From: Malacoraja senta
Lineage: Eukaryota
NCBI GenBank assembly: GCA_038087875.1
Contig: JAXLNO010000137.1
Coordinates: 52,011 to 72,010 of the forward strand
Length of the DNA: 20,000 nt
Direction of reading: 5' to 3'
Shown: positions 1-11,008 of the stretch, in pieces
Layout: every line of letters begins with the position of its first letter
Numbering within the stretch: position 1 is the stretch's first letter
The notes under the pieces: model-generated
Databases searched by the model: none
Seen by the model: only the letters and a program-made list of their open reading frames with translations
Told to the model about the DNA's origin: nothing
Made by a program: the position numbers and the translations under genes

Positions 1-505
1 ATAGAGGGAGTACAGAGAAGGTTCACCAGACTGATTCCTGGGATGTCAGGACTTTCATATGAAGAAAGACTGGATAGACTCGGTTTGTACTCGCTAGAAT
101 TTAGAAGATTGAGGGGGGATCTTATAGAAACTTACAAAATTCTTAAGGGGTTGGACAGGCTAGATGCAGGAAGATTGTTCCCGATGTTGGGGAAGTCCAG
201 AACAAGGGGTCACAGTTTAAGGATAAGGGGAAATCTTTTAGGACTGAGATGAGAAAAAACATTTTTTACACAGAGTGGTGAGTCTCTGGAACTCTCTGCC
301 ACAGAAGGTAGTTGAGGCCAGTTCATTGGCTATAGTTAAGAGGGAGTTAGATGTGGCCCTTGTGGCTAAAGGGATCAGGGGGTATGGAGAGAAAGCAGGT
401 ACAGGATACTGAGTTGGATGATCAGCCATGATCATATTGAATGGCGGGGCAGGCTCGAAGGGCCGAATGGCCTACTCCTGCACCTATTTTCTATGTTTCT
501 ATGTT
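1..505 (+). mobile_element. CR1-clade LINE 3' fragment (ORF2 C-terminus remnant, 3' UTR, (TTCTATGT)n tail)
   Basis: Translation [34 protein letters not shown]...SRTRGHSLRI is typical of the CR1 ORF2 C-terminus. Frameshift near 230. Ends in GGGCCGAATGGCCTACTCCTGCACC plus an octamer tail. Colinear with 5071-5583. Confidence 0.93.
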
Positions 506-679
506 CACCAATGATGGAGGAATGAAACTGAGATTTGGTCAAGGGGCCAGAGCTGGAAGAGGGTAGAAACACTGGAGGATTGAAGGTCGGTGCATGATCA
601 GAAGGGAAGGGACCACAAAGAGACGCAAAATAAAAAAGTTTCTAAACTCAATGAAAGAATTAGCTGGGTCTGTGTACTT

Positions 680-722
680 GGGGGGGGGGGGGGGGGGGAG
701 GAGGGGTGGGGGGGGGGGGGGG
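680..722 (+). repeat. Poly-G tract
   Basis: About 43 nt, almost all G. Confidence 0.95.
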
Positions 723-1235
723 ATAGAGAATGAAATGCTCTTGACGTGACTTCAAATAGAAAAAGCATCGAACATCAACAGTTCGCAGAGGAGGTTCAAT
801 GTTCAAAAGAAAATAAGACTCTTCCAGTGTTGGCTGGGATCCAAACGCCAATACTCCTCTCTCGCCTTCTCTCATCTCAAGGCAACGCACTGGAGCCTCC
901 TGTTGCTGCAACGCTGAGGCACCGTTGTTCCTGCTCTCTCCCTGAATCAGTGCTAGGACCCACCGCTGATTTTCCAAGCCCCCTTCCCCGCTGGTCATCC
1001 TGCGAGATTAGATCAGGCCAGGGAGGGAAAGTTGTCATTTTAAACAACACAGCGCTGGAGAGCTGAGACCAACAGAGCTACAATCATTGGAATATCTGGC
1101 AGGTTTAGCTGCTCAGAATACAACAGGCACTCCCCTCTCTGTCTCTGGGTGAGATTACTCCACCACAGTGGGAACCCTCGAGGATTCGACACTGATATAA
1201 ATCGACAGACCATACTTTCCATCCCAGAAAGGGAT

Positions 1236-1504
1236 GTGTGGGAAGGAACTGCAGGTGCTGGTTTAAACCAAAAATAGACACACAAAAAAATGCTGGAGTA
1301 ACTCAGCGGGACAGGCAGCATCTCTGGGGAGATGGAACGGGACACCCTTTTCAGGTCGAGACCCTTCTTCAGACTGAGAGGGTCAGGGGAGAGGGGGACT
1401 GGAGGTATGAAAAGGTACAGAACAACTCAGAGATGGAGCCCACAATGGTCTGAAGAAGGGTCTCGACCCGACACACGTCATCTGTTCCTTCACTCCACAG
1501 ATGC
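1236..1504. mobile_element. PLE-like HHR-family short element, two arms head-to-head around a purine-rich spacer
   Basis: Minus arm about 1236-1376 (CTGAAGA at 1372-1366). Plus arm about 1448-1504 (CTGAAGAAGGGTCTCGACCCG at 1450-1470). Both cores are degenerate. Confidence 0.75.
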
Positions 1505-1543
1505 AAAGGGATATGAATAGTGAAACTCGCAGGCCAACCAGTT

Positions 1544-1968
1544 TGTGTGTGTGTGTGTGTGTGTGTGCATGTGTGTGTGTGGGTGTGGGTGTGTATGTGT
1601 GTGTGTGTGTGTGGGTGTGGGTGTGTGTGGGTGTGTGTGTGTGTATGTGTGTGGGTGTGTGTGTGTGTGTGTATGTGTGTGTGTGGGTGTGGGTGTGGGT
1701 GTGTGTGTGGGTGTGTGTGTGTGTATGTGTGTGTGTGCGTGTGCATGTGTGTGCGTGTGTGTGGGTGTGGGTGTGTGTGTGTGGGTGTGTGTGTGTGTAT
1801 GTGTGTGTGTGTGTGTGTGGGTGTGGGTGTGGGTGTGTGTGTGTGTGTATGTGTGTGTGTGTGTGTGCATGTGTGTGCGTGTGTGTGGGTGTGGGTGTGT
1901 CTGTGTGTATGTGTGTGTGTGTGTGTGTGTGTGCATGTGTGTGCATGTGTGTGCGTGCGTGCGCGTGC

Positions 1969-2002
<34 letters not shown>

Positions 2003-2130
2003 ATGAGTGTGTGTGTGTGTGAGTGTGTGTGTGTGTGTGTGTTTGTGCGTGAGTGTGTGTGTGTGTGTGTGTGCGTGTGTGTGTGTGGCGCGTGTGTGCG
2101 TGCGTGCGTGCGTGCATGCGTGTGTGTGTG
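1544..2130. repeat. Long compound (GT)n microsatellite
   Basis: About 590 bp of GT with GGGT, GCAT, GTAT and GCGT interruptions. Source of the HT/CV-rich ORFs. Confidence 0.98.
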
Positions 2131-2350
2131 GGGGGGACAGAGATAGCGAGAATGCAAGGGTTACTTGAATGCATGAATGAATGAATGAACGAGCGGATAC
2201 ACAATTGTCACGTGTGACAGGTCTCAGTAACATTCTTTGTTTTGAGCGCCCGTGGTATGCAAAGAGTGGCCACATAAAGGGCACCAACATCATTCCACAC
2301 TGGATCCTCCTTTGTTCTCCCCCCCTTCCCCCTCCCCTCCCACCCCAGCC

Positions 2351-2360
2351 GTGTGTGTGT

Positions 2361-2395
<35 letters not shown>
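2351..2395. repeat. (GT)n microsatellite
   Basis: Seen directly, one GA interruption. Confidence 0.97.
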
Positions 2396-2653
2396 ACAAA
2401 CAGTCATGCATCACCTGCAGGGAGGGGGTTCTGTGCCCACACCGGGTGTGGGTTGGGAGACAGTCAGATGCGGGTGTCCGTGGCAGGTTAACGCTACCTG
2501 TCTCCACCCCCAGCTGTGATGGGGAGGACTCCACAGAGAGAGTCAGAGGGCTGCTGTGTACCTGGGTGGGGAGCAGGAGCTGACGGTCTCTCCCCCCATA
2601 CCCAACGCGGTGCAATGCTGTAGTGCTTCCGTGGTGGTGTGGCAGGGTCACAA

Positions 2654-3101
2654 GCCAGCCCAGCCCAGCCCAGCCCAGCCCTGCCCTGCCCTGCCCAGCC
2701 CAGCCCAGCCCAGCCCAGCCCCACCCAGCCCAGCCCAGCCCAGCCCAGCCCCACCCAGCCCAGCCCAGCCCAGCCCAGCCCAGCCCAGCCCAGCCCAGCC
2801 CACACAGCCCAGCCCAGCCCAGCCCAGCCCAGCCCACACAGCCCAGCCCAGCCCAGCCCCACCCAGCCTCGCCCAGCCCCACCCAGCCCAGCCCACACAG
2901 CCCAGCCCAGCCCAGCCCAGCCCACACAGCCCAGCCCAGCCCACACAGCCCAGCCCAGCCCAGCTCAGCCCAGCCCAGCCCACACAGCCCAGCTCAGCCC
3001 ACACAGCCCAGCCCAGCCCAGCCCACACAGCCCAGCCCAGCCCAGCCCAGCCCAGCCCACACAGCCCAGCCCAGCCCAGCCCAGCCCACACAGCCCAGCC
3101 C
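2654..3101. repeat. (CCCAG)n / (GGGCT)n pentamer array with CCCACACAG variants
   Basis: About 450 bp tandem pentamer. Source of the PAQPS/GWAGL ORFs. Confidence 0.97.
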
Positions 3102-3234
3102 ACCAGCACTCAGGCACAGATGGAGATGATTTGATAATCCCACTTATTTTTATAATTAATGTTTAGAATTACTGTTGTCCCGGTGGGTCTATGTACCGCA
3201 TTATCTGAGACAGCAAGGAGAAATCTAGAGTTAA

Positions 3235-3338
3235 TTTTAGAGACACAGCACAGAATCAGGCCCTTCAGCCCACCGAGTCCGCACCAACCAGTGATCCCCG
3301 CTCATTAACACTATCCTACACACACCAGGGACAATTTA
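3235..3338 (-). mobile_element. HE1-type SINE, 3' fragment
   Basis: Reverse complement matches the 3' part of the SINEs at 7081-7395 and 19720-19990. Confidence 0.8.
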
Positions 3339-3439
3339 AACTTGTACAGAGGAGTGGGGTTCTCCAATGAAGGAAAATAGAAAAAGCTTGCTCCCCACTC
3401 CCTAGAAATTGGAAAGAGTGACGTACAAGGTTCATAAAG

Positions 3440-3541
3440 GTCTGAAGAAGGGTCTTGACCCGAACGTCACCCATCCCTTCTCTCCAGAGATGCTGCCCGT
3501 CCGCTGAGTTACTCCAGCTTTTTCGGTTTTGTGTTTATCTT
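3440..3541 (+). mobile_element. PLE-like HHR-family short element
   Basis: CTGAAGAAGGGTCTTGACCCGAACGTC at 3442-3468 (one A of GAAA missing), then the family body CTCCAGAGATGCTGCC...GCTGAGTTACTCCAGC. Confidence 0.78.
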
Positions 3542-3593
3542 CCACACATAAAGTTCAGAAAGGCGGCGGATAGTCACAGACAAAGATACCTTG

Positions 3594-4445
3594 GTCACAG
3601 AGTCACAGAGACACAGAGTCACAGTCACAGAGTCACAGAGACACAGAGACACGGTCACAGAGACACAGAGACACAGAGTCACAGAGTCACAGAGTCACAG
3701 AGTCACAGAGACACAGAATCACAGAGATACAGAGACACAGAGACACAGAGTCACAGAGTCACAGAGTCACAGAGACACAGAGACACAGAGACACAGAGAC
3801 ACAGAGACACAGCGACACAGCGACACAGAGACACAGAGACACAGAGACACAGAGACACAGAGACACAGAGACACAGAGTCACAGAGTCACAGAGACACAG
3901 AGACACAGAGACACAGAGTCACAGAGACACAGAGACACAGAGACACAGAGTCACAGAGACACAGAGTCACAGAGACACAGAGACACAGAGACACAGAGAC
4001 ACAGAGTCACAGAGTCACAGAGACACAGAGACACAGTCACAGAGTCACAGAGTCACAGAGTCACAGAGACACAGAGACACAGAGTCACAGAGTCACAGAG
4101 ACACAGCGACACAGAGACACAGAGACACAGAGACACAGAGACACAGAGACACAGAGTCACAGAGTCACAGAGACACAGAGACACAGAGTCACAGAGTCAC
4201 AGAGACACAGAGACACAGTCACAGAGTCACAGAGTCACAGAGACACAGAGACACAGAGACACAGAGACACGGTCACAGAGTCACAGAGACACAGAGTCAC
4301 AGAGTCACAGAGACACAGAGACACAGAGATACAGAGACACAGAGATACAGAGACACAGAGTCACAGAGACACAGAGACACAGAGACACAGAGACACAGAG
4401 ACACAGAGACACAGAGTCACAGAGTCACAGAGTCACAGAGTCACA
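3594..4445. repeat. Octamer tandem array (GTCACAGA / GACACAGA)n
   Basis: About 850 bp with two main 8-bp units and rare variants. Abuts the 3' end of the minus-strand CR1 at 4446. Confidence 0.96.
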
Positions 4446-4907
4446 CTGCATGGAAACAGGCCCTTCAGCCCAACTTGCCGGCACCAACCAGCATGCCCCA
4501 GCTACACTAGTCCCAACCTGCCTGCGCTTGGTCCATATCCCTCTAAACCTGTCCGATCCATGTACCTGTCTAAATGTTTCTTAAACGTCGGGATAGTCCC
4601 AGCCTCAACTACCTCCTCTGGCAGCTCGTTCCATACACCCACCAGCCTTTGTGTGAAAAATTCAGATTCCTGTTAAATCTTTTCCCCTTCATCTTAAACC
4701 TATGTCCTCTGGTCCTCGATTCCCCAACTCTGAGTCAATGTGCATCTACCCGATCTATTCCTCTCATGATTTTATACACCTCTATAAGATCACCCCTCAT
4801 CCTCCTGCGCTCCAAGGAATAGAGACCCAGCCTGCCCCAACCTCTCCCTGTAGCTAAGACCCACGAGTCCTGGCCACTTGCTCGTAAGTCTTCTCTGTAC
4901 CATTTCC
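4446..4907 (-). mobile_element. CR1-clade LINE 3' fragment (subfamily with SINE-like 3' end)
   Basis: Minus translation includes PGLVGLSYRERL. Colinear with 11009-11459. 3' end GGGCTGAAGGGCCTGTTTCCATGC. Confidence 0.88.
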
Positions 4908-4978
4908 GCAGTCAGGATGGAGGCCGGGACTCTGGCACTGTAAGGTAACAACTCTACCGCTGTGCCACCATGCTGCCC
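4908..4978 (-). mobile_element. HE1-type SINE, tRNA-derived head only
   Basis: Reverse complement GGGCAGCATGGTGGCACAGCGGTAGAGTTGTTACCTTACAGTGCCAGAG matches the heads of other copies. Confidence 0.78.
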
Positions 4979-4989
4979 TTCTTCTGCAG

Positions 4990-5583
4990 TTGTGTAGGGC
5001 TCTGGTGAGACCACATCTGGAGTATTGTGTACAGTTTTGGTCTCCTAATTTGAGGAAGGACATCCTTGTGATTGAGGCAGTGCAGCGTAGGTTCACGAGA
5101 TTGATCCCTGGGATGGCGGGACTGTCATATGAGGAAAGATTGAAAAGACTAGGCTTGTATTCACTGGAGTTTAGAATGATGAGGGGAGATCTTATAGAAA
5201 TATAAAATTATAAAAGGACTGGACAAGCTAGATGCAGGAAAAATGTTCCCAATGTGGGGTGAGTCCAGAACCAGGGGCCACAGTCTTAGAATAAAAGGGA
5301 GGTCATTTAAGACTGAGGTGAGAAAACACTTTTTCACCCAGAGAGTTGTGAATTTGTGGAATTCCCTGCCACAGAGGGCAGTGGAGGCCAAATCACTGGA
5401 TGGATTTAAGAGAGAGTTAGATAGAGCTCTAGGGGCTAGTGGGATCAAGGGATATGGGGAGAAGGCAGGCACGGGTTATTGATTGGGGACGATCAGCCAT
5501 GATCACAATGAATGGCGGTGCTGGCTCGAAGGGCCGAATGGCCTCCTCCTGCACCTATTTTCTATGTTTCTATGTTTCTATGT
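4990..5583 (+). mobile_element. CR1-clade LINE 3' fragment, 5'-truncated
   Basis: [16 protein letters not shown]...[20 protein letters not shown], frameshift near 5200, then SRTRGHSLRIKG...FFTQRVVNLWNSLP. (TTCTATGT)3 tail. Confidence 0.95.
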
Positions 5584-5820
5584 AACTCCTCCTGAACTAT
5601 CTCCGCGACTGTGAGACGACTCAGAACAATTCCCGAGTGAGTAAGTGGGTGTGGTGCACGCCATCCACAATGAACGAGACAGCGTGTTCTCAGTAATGAA
5701 CAGGTTTGAAGGGCTGAGTCCAATTTTTGTTTCTCATGCTCCTCATGTACTTTTCCAAGTAAACATACTTGTTGAATCACAAGATAAAAAACCTCAATGC
5801 TCCCTTCCACGCAACACCAA

Positions 5821-6130
5821 GGGGCGGCACGGAGTCGCAGCGGGTAGAGCTGCTGCCTCACAGCGCCGGAGACCCGGGTTGGATCCTGGCTACGGGCGCT
5901 GTCCGCACGAAGGTTGTACCTTCTCCCCGTGACCTGCGTGGGTTTTCTCCGGGTGCTCCGGATTCCTCCCCAGCTCCACAGACGTTTAGGTTTCTCCATT
6001 TTTTGGCTTCGGTAAGAAACAATTGTAAATTGTCCCTCGCGTGCAAGGTGGTTGATGGTCGGCACGGACTCGATGGGCCGAAGGGTCTGATTCACGCTGC
6101 ATCTCTAAAACTAAAAACTAAAACTGAAAA
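5821..6130 (+). mobile_element. HE1-type SINE (V-SINE superfamily), near full length, diverged
   Basis: tRNA-like head, central TTCTCCCCGTGACCTGCGTGGGTTTTCTCCGGGTGCTCCGG domain, (CTAAAA)n tail. Confidence 0.88.
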
Positions 6131-6654
6131 GCAAGAAACAGCATTTTACATTTCACCCCCAGAGGCTAATTGAGCTTTTATAAAGTTCTATGCAAACCTA
6201 TTCTTAGATCTCATTAACTATTTATTTTCTACTTATAGGGTGTGACACCAACAGACCTGCTTGTTGGTTCTTGAATCTTCGATGGTAATCAGAGAACCTG
6301 CTCAATTCAAAGATATTCCATTTATGGGATTCTGCTGCGTTTGGGACGTGCGTGCGTGCGTCCCTGGCTTATTTGATGCTGTCAGTCGTTGGGCTATTTT
6401 GGCAGCGACTTCATTGCAGATGAATAATTTTTAAAGAATTTACTTTTAATAAAACGAATTATCACATCCTCAGAACATCTTTAAGAGATTACAAAGAGCT
6501 GTTTGGAGCGATCTCGCAAACCGAATCATTGGCCAATTGTCACACTGTGAGATTCAACAAACAGCAATTGAGATACAGGAGCTTTAAGTCTGCAAGTGTC
6601 GTGTTATTTGAGACGTAAATCTGAAACAAGAAATCATGGGACTTCTTTGAGACG

Positions 6655-6818
6655 TTAGACTTTAAAGATACATCATGGAAACAGGCCCCTCGGCCCAGCG
6701 AGTCCGCGCCAACCAGTGACCGCCCCCGTACACTAGCGTTATCCTTCACACTAGAGACAATTTACCATTTACAGAAACTAATTAAGCCACACGTCGTGTG
6801 GGAGTGGGAGGAAACTGA
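6655..6818 (-). mobile_element. HE1-type SINE, 3' half
   Basis: Reverse complement of the SINE 3' region (GGCGCGGACTCG...GGGCCTGTTTCC...TATCTTTAAAGTCTAA). Confidence 0.8.
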
Positions 6819-6820
6819 GG

Positions 6821-7080
6821 CTTCACCACGGCCAAGGCCTCATCGTCACGAGGCATCACCGCTGTCACGCCTCCGTGGTGCCGACCTGGGCCCCAACCGC
6901 GGGCTCCGTCGGCCGCTCCGCCCGACCCGGTGCTTCTACCCGCGAGGCCCCGGTCTTGCCCCGACCCGGGCTTTTACGCGGCGATTCGGGAGGCATCAAG
7001 ACCACCGAGGCGCATCGATAAAGGCCTCTGGCTGCGTTCCCAGTCCACAGCTGCGGCTCGTCAGGAAGCCTTCATCGATT
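6821..7080. other. Unassigned GC- and CpG-rich segment between two SINE pieces
   Basis: Abrupt composition change with many intact CpGs. No second copy in the window. Confidence 0.5.
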
Positions 7081-7395
7081 CACCGTGGCGCAGCGGTAGA
7101 GTTGCTGCCTTACAGCGCTTGCAGTGCCAGAGACCCGGGTTCGATCCCGACTACGGGTGCTGTCTGTATGGAGTTTGTACGTTCTCCCCGTGACCTGCGT
7201 GGGTTTTTTCCTGGTGCTCCGGTTTCCTCCTACACTCCAAAGACGTACAGATTTGTAAGTAAATTGGCTTGGTATAAATGTAAATTGTTCCTAATGTGTG
7301 TAGGGTAGTGTAAATGTGTGGGGATCACTGGTCGGTGCGGGCTCATTGGGCCAAAGGGCCTGTTTCCACGCTGTATCTCAAAACTAAACTAAAAA
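7081..7395 (+). mobile_element. HE1-type SINE (V-SINE superfamily), near full length
   Basis: Pol III A box TGGCGCAGCGG at 7086-7096 and B box GGTTCGATCCC at 7138-7148. Central V-domain, LINE-like 3' end, (AAACT)n tail. Confidence 0.92.
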
Positions 7396-7710
7396 ATCCA
7401 ATTCTTGGGGCCACTTTAAGCTGGCATCCACATGCTTGATGTGATCAGCTATTCTGAAATCTCTTTAATGAACATTAAGTAATAAAAAATGACACCTAGA
7501 TTAATGAGCCATCTGCTGCAGCCAGACAGCTCAGACTCACCCTGAACGTGACCTAGTTAAAATCAAGTTTCACGCTCCATACCATGCTGCAGCTGAAAAG
7601 ATGTCTTCTACCTGGGCTAGAGAACTGGCTCCAGATGTTAGTTGATACCAGCCCTAAACTGCTCTTATTTGGTTAAAACTGTTGTTATTTCATCAAGTTG
7701 TTTTCAGTGC

Positions 7711-8159
7711 AGTTTAGTTTATTGTCACGTGTAGCGAGGTACAGTGGAAAGCTTTTGTTGCGTGCTAACCAGTCAGCGGGAAGACAATACATGATTACAT
7801 TCGAGCCATTTACAGTGTGCAGATACATGGTAAGGGAATAACGTTTAGTGCAAGATAAAGCCAGCAATGTCCGATCAAGGATAGTCCGAGGGTCACCAAT
7901 GAGGTAGATAGTAGTTCAGGACCGCTCTCTGGTTGGTGAGAGGATGGTTCAGTTGCCTGATAACAGCTGGGAAGAAACTGTCCCTGAATCTGGAGGTGTG
8001 CGTTTGTTTTCACACTTCTGTACCTCTTGCCCGATGGGAGAGGGGAGAAGAGGGAGTGGCCAGGATGAGGCTGGTCCTTGATGATGCTGCTGGCCTTGCC
8101 GAGGCAGCGTGAAGTGTAGATGGAGTCAATGGAAGGGAGGTTGGTTTGTGTGATGGTCC
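7711..8159 (-). mobile_element. Rex1/Babar-like LINE 3' fragment
   Basis: Minus translation TNLPSIDSIYTSRCLGKASSIIKDQPHPGHSLFSPLPSGKRYRS, frameshift, then SRFRDSFFPAVIRQLN. 3' UTR ends in AATAAACTAAACT. Confidence 0.85.
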
Positions 8160-8486
8160 ATCAAGTCTACTCCGCCATTGGCCACTCTATATCTCCCTCC
8201 TAACCCCATTCTCCTGCCTTCTCCCCATAACCCCTGACACCCGCACTAATAAAGAATCTGTCAACCTCCACCTTAAAAACATCCATTGACTTGTCCTCCG
8301 CAGCCTTCTGTGGCAATAAATTCCACAGATTCACCACCCTTTTGCTAAAGACATTCCTCCTCCTCTCATTCCTAAAGGAACGTCCTTTAATTCTGAGGCT
8401 GTGCCCTCTGGTCCTAGACTCTCCCACTAGTGGAAACATCCTCTCCACATCCACTCTATCCAGGCCTCTCACTATTCGCTATGTTT
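8158..8486 (-). mobile_element. CR1-clade LINE 3' fragment (third subfamily)
   Basis: RGLDRVDVERMFPLVGESRTRGHSLRIKG...RVVNLWNLLPQKA. Colinear with 16226-16574. Confidence 0.9.
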
Positions 8487-9251
8487 CGTCTTCTCGGTAT
8501 CCCCCTCTCTGCTGCAGGTAATATCCGCTTCACAACCGTCCATCTGACGAAAGACGCATCCTTGGACCGCTGAGCGAGATCAACGGAAGCGGGGAAATTT
8601 AATTTGCAAAAATTGAATTAAAAATACAGCAGCCATAAATTTCCCAGCCAATCGACATTCAATGTAAGGTTGCAGGGCAGCCAGATTTATGGTAAAAGAT
8701 CTCTCTAATCTCACAGGAATATCTGGAATATCTCTCCGACCCCACTTCTCCTGCTGTCGTAAAATGTTAATGTGCCTTTTCCACAATTAACATTTTGTTT
8801 TAATAGTAAAATTTATCTCCAGTCTGGCCTGGCTCCACCCCCCAGAGTACTGGAAGCACTCAGGTGAAATAGCTGAAAATGTCAATTGACTTCTCACTGT
8901 ACTAAGTTGTAATTTGTAACAGCGCTCACAGTCATTTGATGGTCCCGGGAGGGGTTTAGAGTGTCAAATGTAAAAGCGAGGTTAACAGAGTGAAAGATAA
9001 TTACCCAACCACTCTGTAAATCAACAGGGCTCCTTGGTCTCTTGTCGGCATGTGAGCGAGAGTTTGCAGAGCCCGAAGAAACGAATTCTCCAGTGAGATG
9101 TGGGTGACGGAACCCAATCTGTGCTGGGGAAACCCTTCGGGACGAAGCAGATGAAAGCCACATACAAAAATAACCTCTTCTGCGCTTTACTGAAAGCTTC
9201 GGCAGAGTATTGAGGAGCATTGATTGAAAATAGTGTTTTGCAACAGACAGC

Positions 9252-9335
9252 TCCAGAGATACTGCCTGACCAACTTACTCCAGCACTTTGTGTCTATCTT
9301 TGGTATGAAGCAGCACCTGCAGTTGCTTCCTACCC
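9252..9335 (+). mobile_element. PLE-like HHR-family element, 3' body only
   Basis: CTCCAGAGATACTGCCTGACC...TTACTCCAGCACTTTGTGTCTATCTT...CAGCACCTGCAGTT, with no ribozyme core. Confidence 0.65.
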
Positions 9336-9445
9336 ATAATAACCTGTGTCAAAGTCAAGGTCAAAGTCAATTTTATTCGTCACATCCACCTGAAGGAGCA
9401 GTGAAATGAATTTGCCAGCAACGATACACTTAAAAAGAACACACC

Positions 9446-10340
9446 ATGCGACGGACCAGAATGTACAAGTCAGCAGACAACGGGGGTAAAAGCGTGCCCA
9501 ACGTCGCCCTCACCCTGATGGCCACCTTTGTGTGTGGCTGCATCAGGCGGAGTGTAGAACCAAGGCACGTGGGCACCAAGTGTCACTACCTGCTGAGGTT
9601 CTACCTGTCCCCGGTGTTGCGAAGGATGGGCCTGGCGCAGATGCCACGCAATGTGCCAGTCAGCTGTACATTGCCGCCCCATCTGTCGTCTGTGGAAAGG
9701 TTCTTCCGGACCAACACCTTTGACCACATGTCCATCGGGCAGTGGTCAGCACGGAATGTCCTGCAGGCACTGCAGGGAAAGGACTCGATGGATCCGGTGG
9801 CGTGGTTCCCAGAGCAGACTGCCCAGCTTGTCTGGCAAAATGCCTCATCGCCAGAACTCACCAACAAGCACCAAGACCTGGCTTGGCTGGCGGTGAGGGG
9901 AGCCCTCCCAGTCAGATCCTTCCTGCACTGTCGGAACCTCACTGCCAGCGCACGCTGCCCTCGGGACGGCTGCTATGGAGAGGAGACGGTTGCCCACCTC
10001 TTTGCAGAGTGTGGATTTGCAAAAAGAGTCTGGAGAAGTATGCAAGGGTCCCTGGAACGCTTTATCCCGAACAGCTCCGTCACAGAGGACTCTGTGATTT
10101 ACGGACTGTCCCCCAGGGACACATTCAGAGACTGACATCGAATGCTGCTGGAAGGTCATCAACTCGGTGAAAGATGCTCTTTGGTCTGCCCGAGCGTTGT
10201 TCACCACCCAGCAGAGCGAGATGTCCGTCGGGGAATGTTGCCGACTGGCCCGCTGCAGACTGCAGGAGTACGTGCTGAGGGACGCACTGAAGCTTGGTGC
10301 AGCCAACGCCAAGGCTCGGTGGGGGAGGGCCACAGTCTAG
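9446..10340 (+). pseudogene. Tx1/L1-like ORF2 C-terminus with zf-RVT-type zinc knuckle, one +1 frameshift
   Basis: DLAWLAVRGALPVRSFLH...CPRDGCYGEETVAHLFAECGFAKRVW. After an extra base near 10109-10112 the frame continues PGTHSETDIECCWKVINSVKDALWSAR...LQEYVLRDALKLG...RWGRATV to TAG at 10338-10340. Confidence 0.85.
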
Positions 10341-10594
10341 GGTCCTTCCGCTGCTGGACATGGGGGGCACGGTATGGTGGAGACGCCCCTCAAAATAAGG
10401 GAAGGTATCCCACGCCAGGGGGCCGCATGAGTGGCACGGGTGGGGGACGGATCTGTGGAATTGGAAAAAAATGTATTAACTGCATTGGACAATTTGTATG
10501 GTCTCCGAAAATGTGGGATGAATGTTTCGCACGGTTCACGTATTGTATATATTTATTACTTGAATAAAGTCCATTTTGAAATTAAAAAAAAAAA
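9446..10594 (+). mobile_element. 5'-truncated Tx1/L1-group non-LTR retrotransposon
   Basis: ORF2 C-terminal remnant, 3' UTR, AATAAA at 10563-10568 and an A11 tail at 10584-10594. Confidence 0.85.
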
Positions 10595-11008
10595 TTCATC
10601 ACTGTGGTGGAAGGCAACATAGTTTGGTCAGTCCTCCTCCTTTGTTCACCCGTGGTCGGGGCCATAGACCCTCCGTAGTCGCCGCTACAGACGGCCCGAT
10701 GTACAGGCGGTGGAACACACCCCGCGGCTTGGAGGTCCCGAATCGGCACTTTCCTTCCGGAGTCCGCGACTTCACAATGCTATGGGCCTGAGCAAGTTGC
10801 CATGAAGCAGACTCGATAAGTCTCCTTCTCCTCTGAGCCACTCCACTAATGAACACAAAGCAAATCCTTCTGCCATCTCCAGATTCTGTCAGTATACCAC
10901 TACATGCAGAACTGGAATGGGTGAATCAATTAGGTCAGGAATGAAAATGCTTAGCTGAGTTGACCAGCCTGCCTTTCAATCCACATGTATCTTTGTGTAG
11001 TGTGCTGT

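Noticed and set aside
660..1066. ORFs 746-1066 (+) and 660-998 (-)
   Set aside because: No recognisable domain or convincing splice sites. The poly-Pro run comes from the poly-G tract.
1369..4676. Long ORFs up to 361 aa (HT-, CV-, PAQPS-, TETQRHRD-rich)
   Set aside because: They are translations of stop-free tandem repeats, open in several frames at once.
5584..5646. Possible exon LLLNYLRDCETTQNNSR with overlapping donors GTGAGT (5637) and GTAAGT (5641)
   Set aside because: No acceptor (the upstream sequence is a CR1 tail) and no recognisable protein. RNA-seq would be needed.
7081..7160. tRNA gene (A and B boxes), also at about 12849-12920
   Set aside because: These are SINE heads that continue into the V-domain. 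I cannot support a complete cloverleaf or a terminator.
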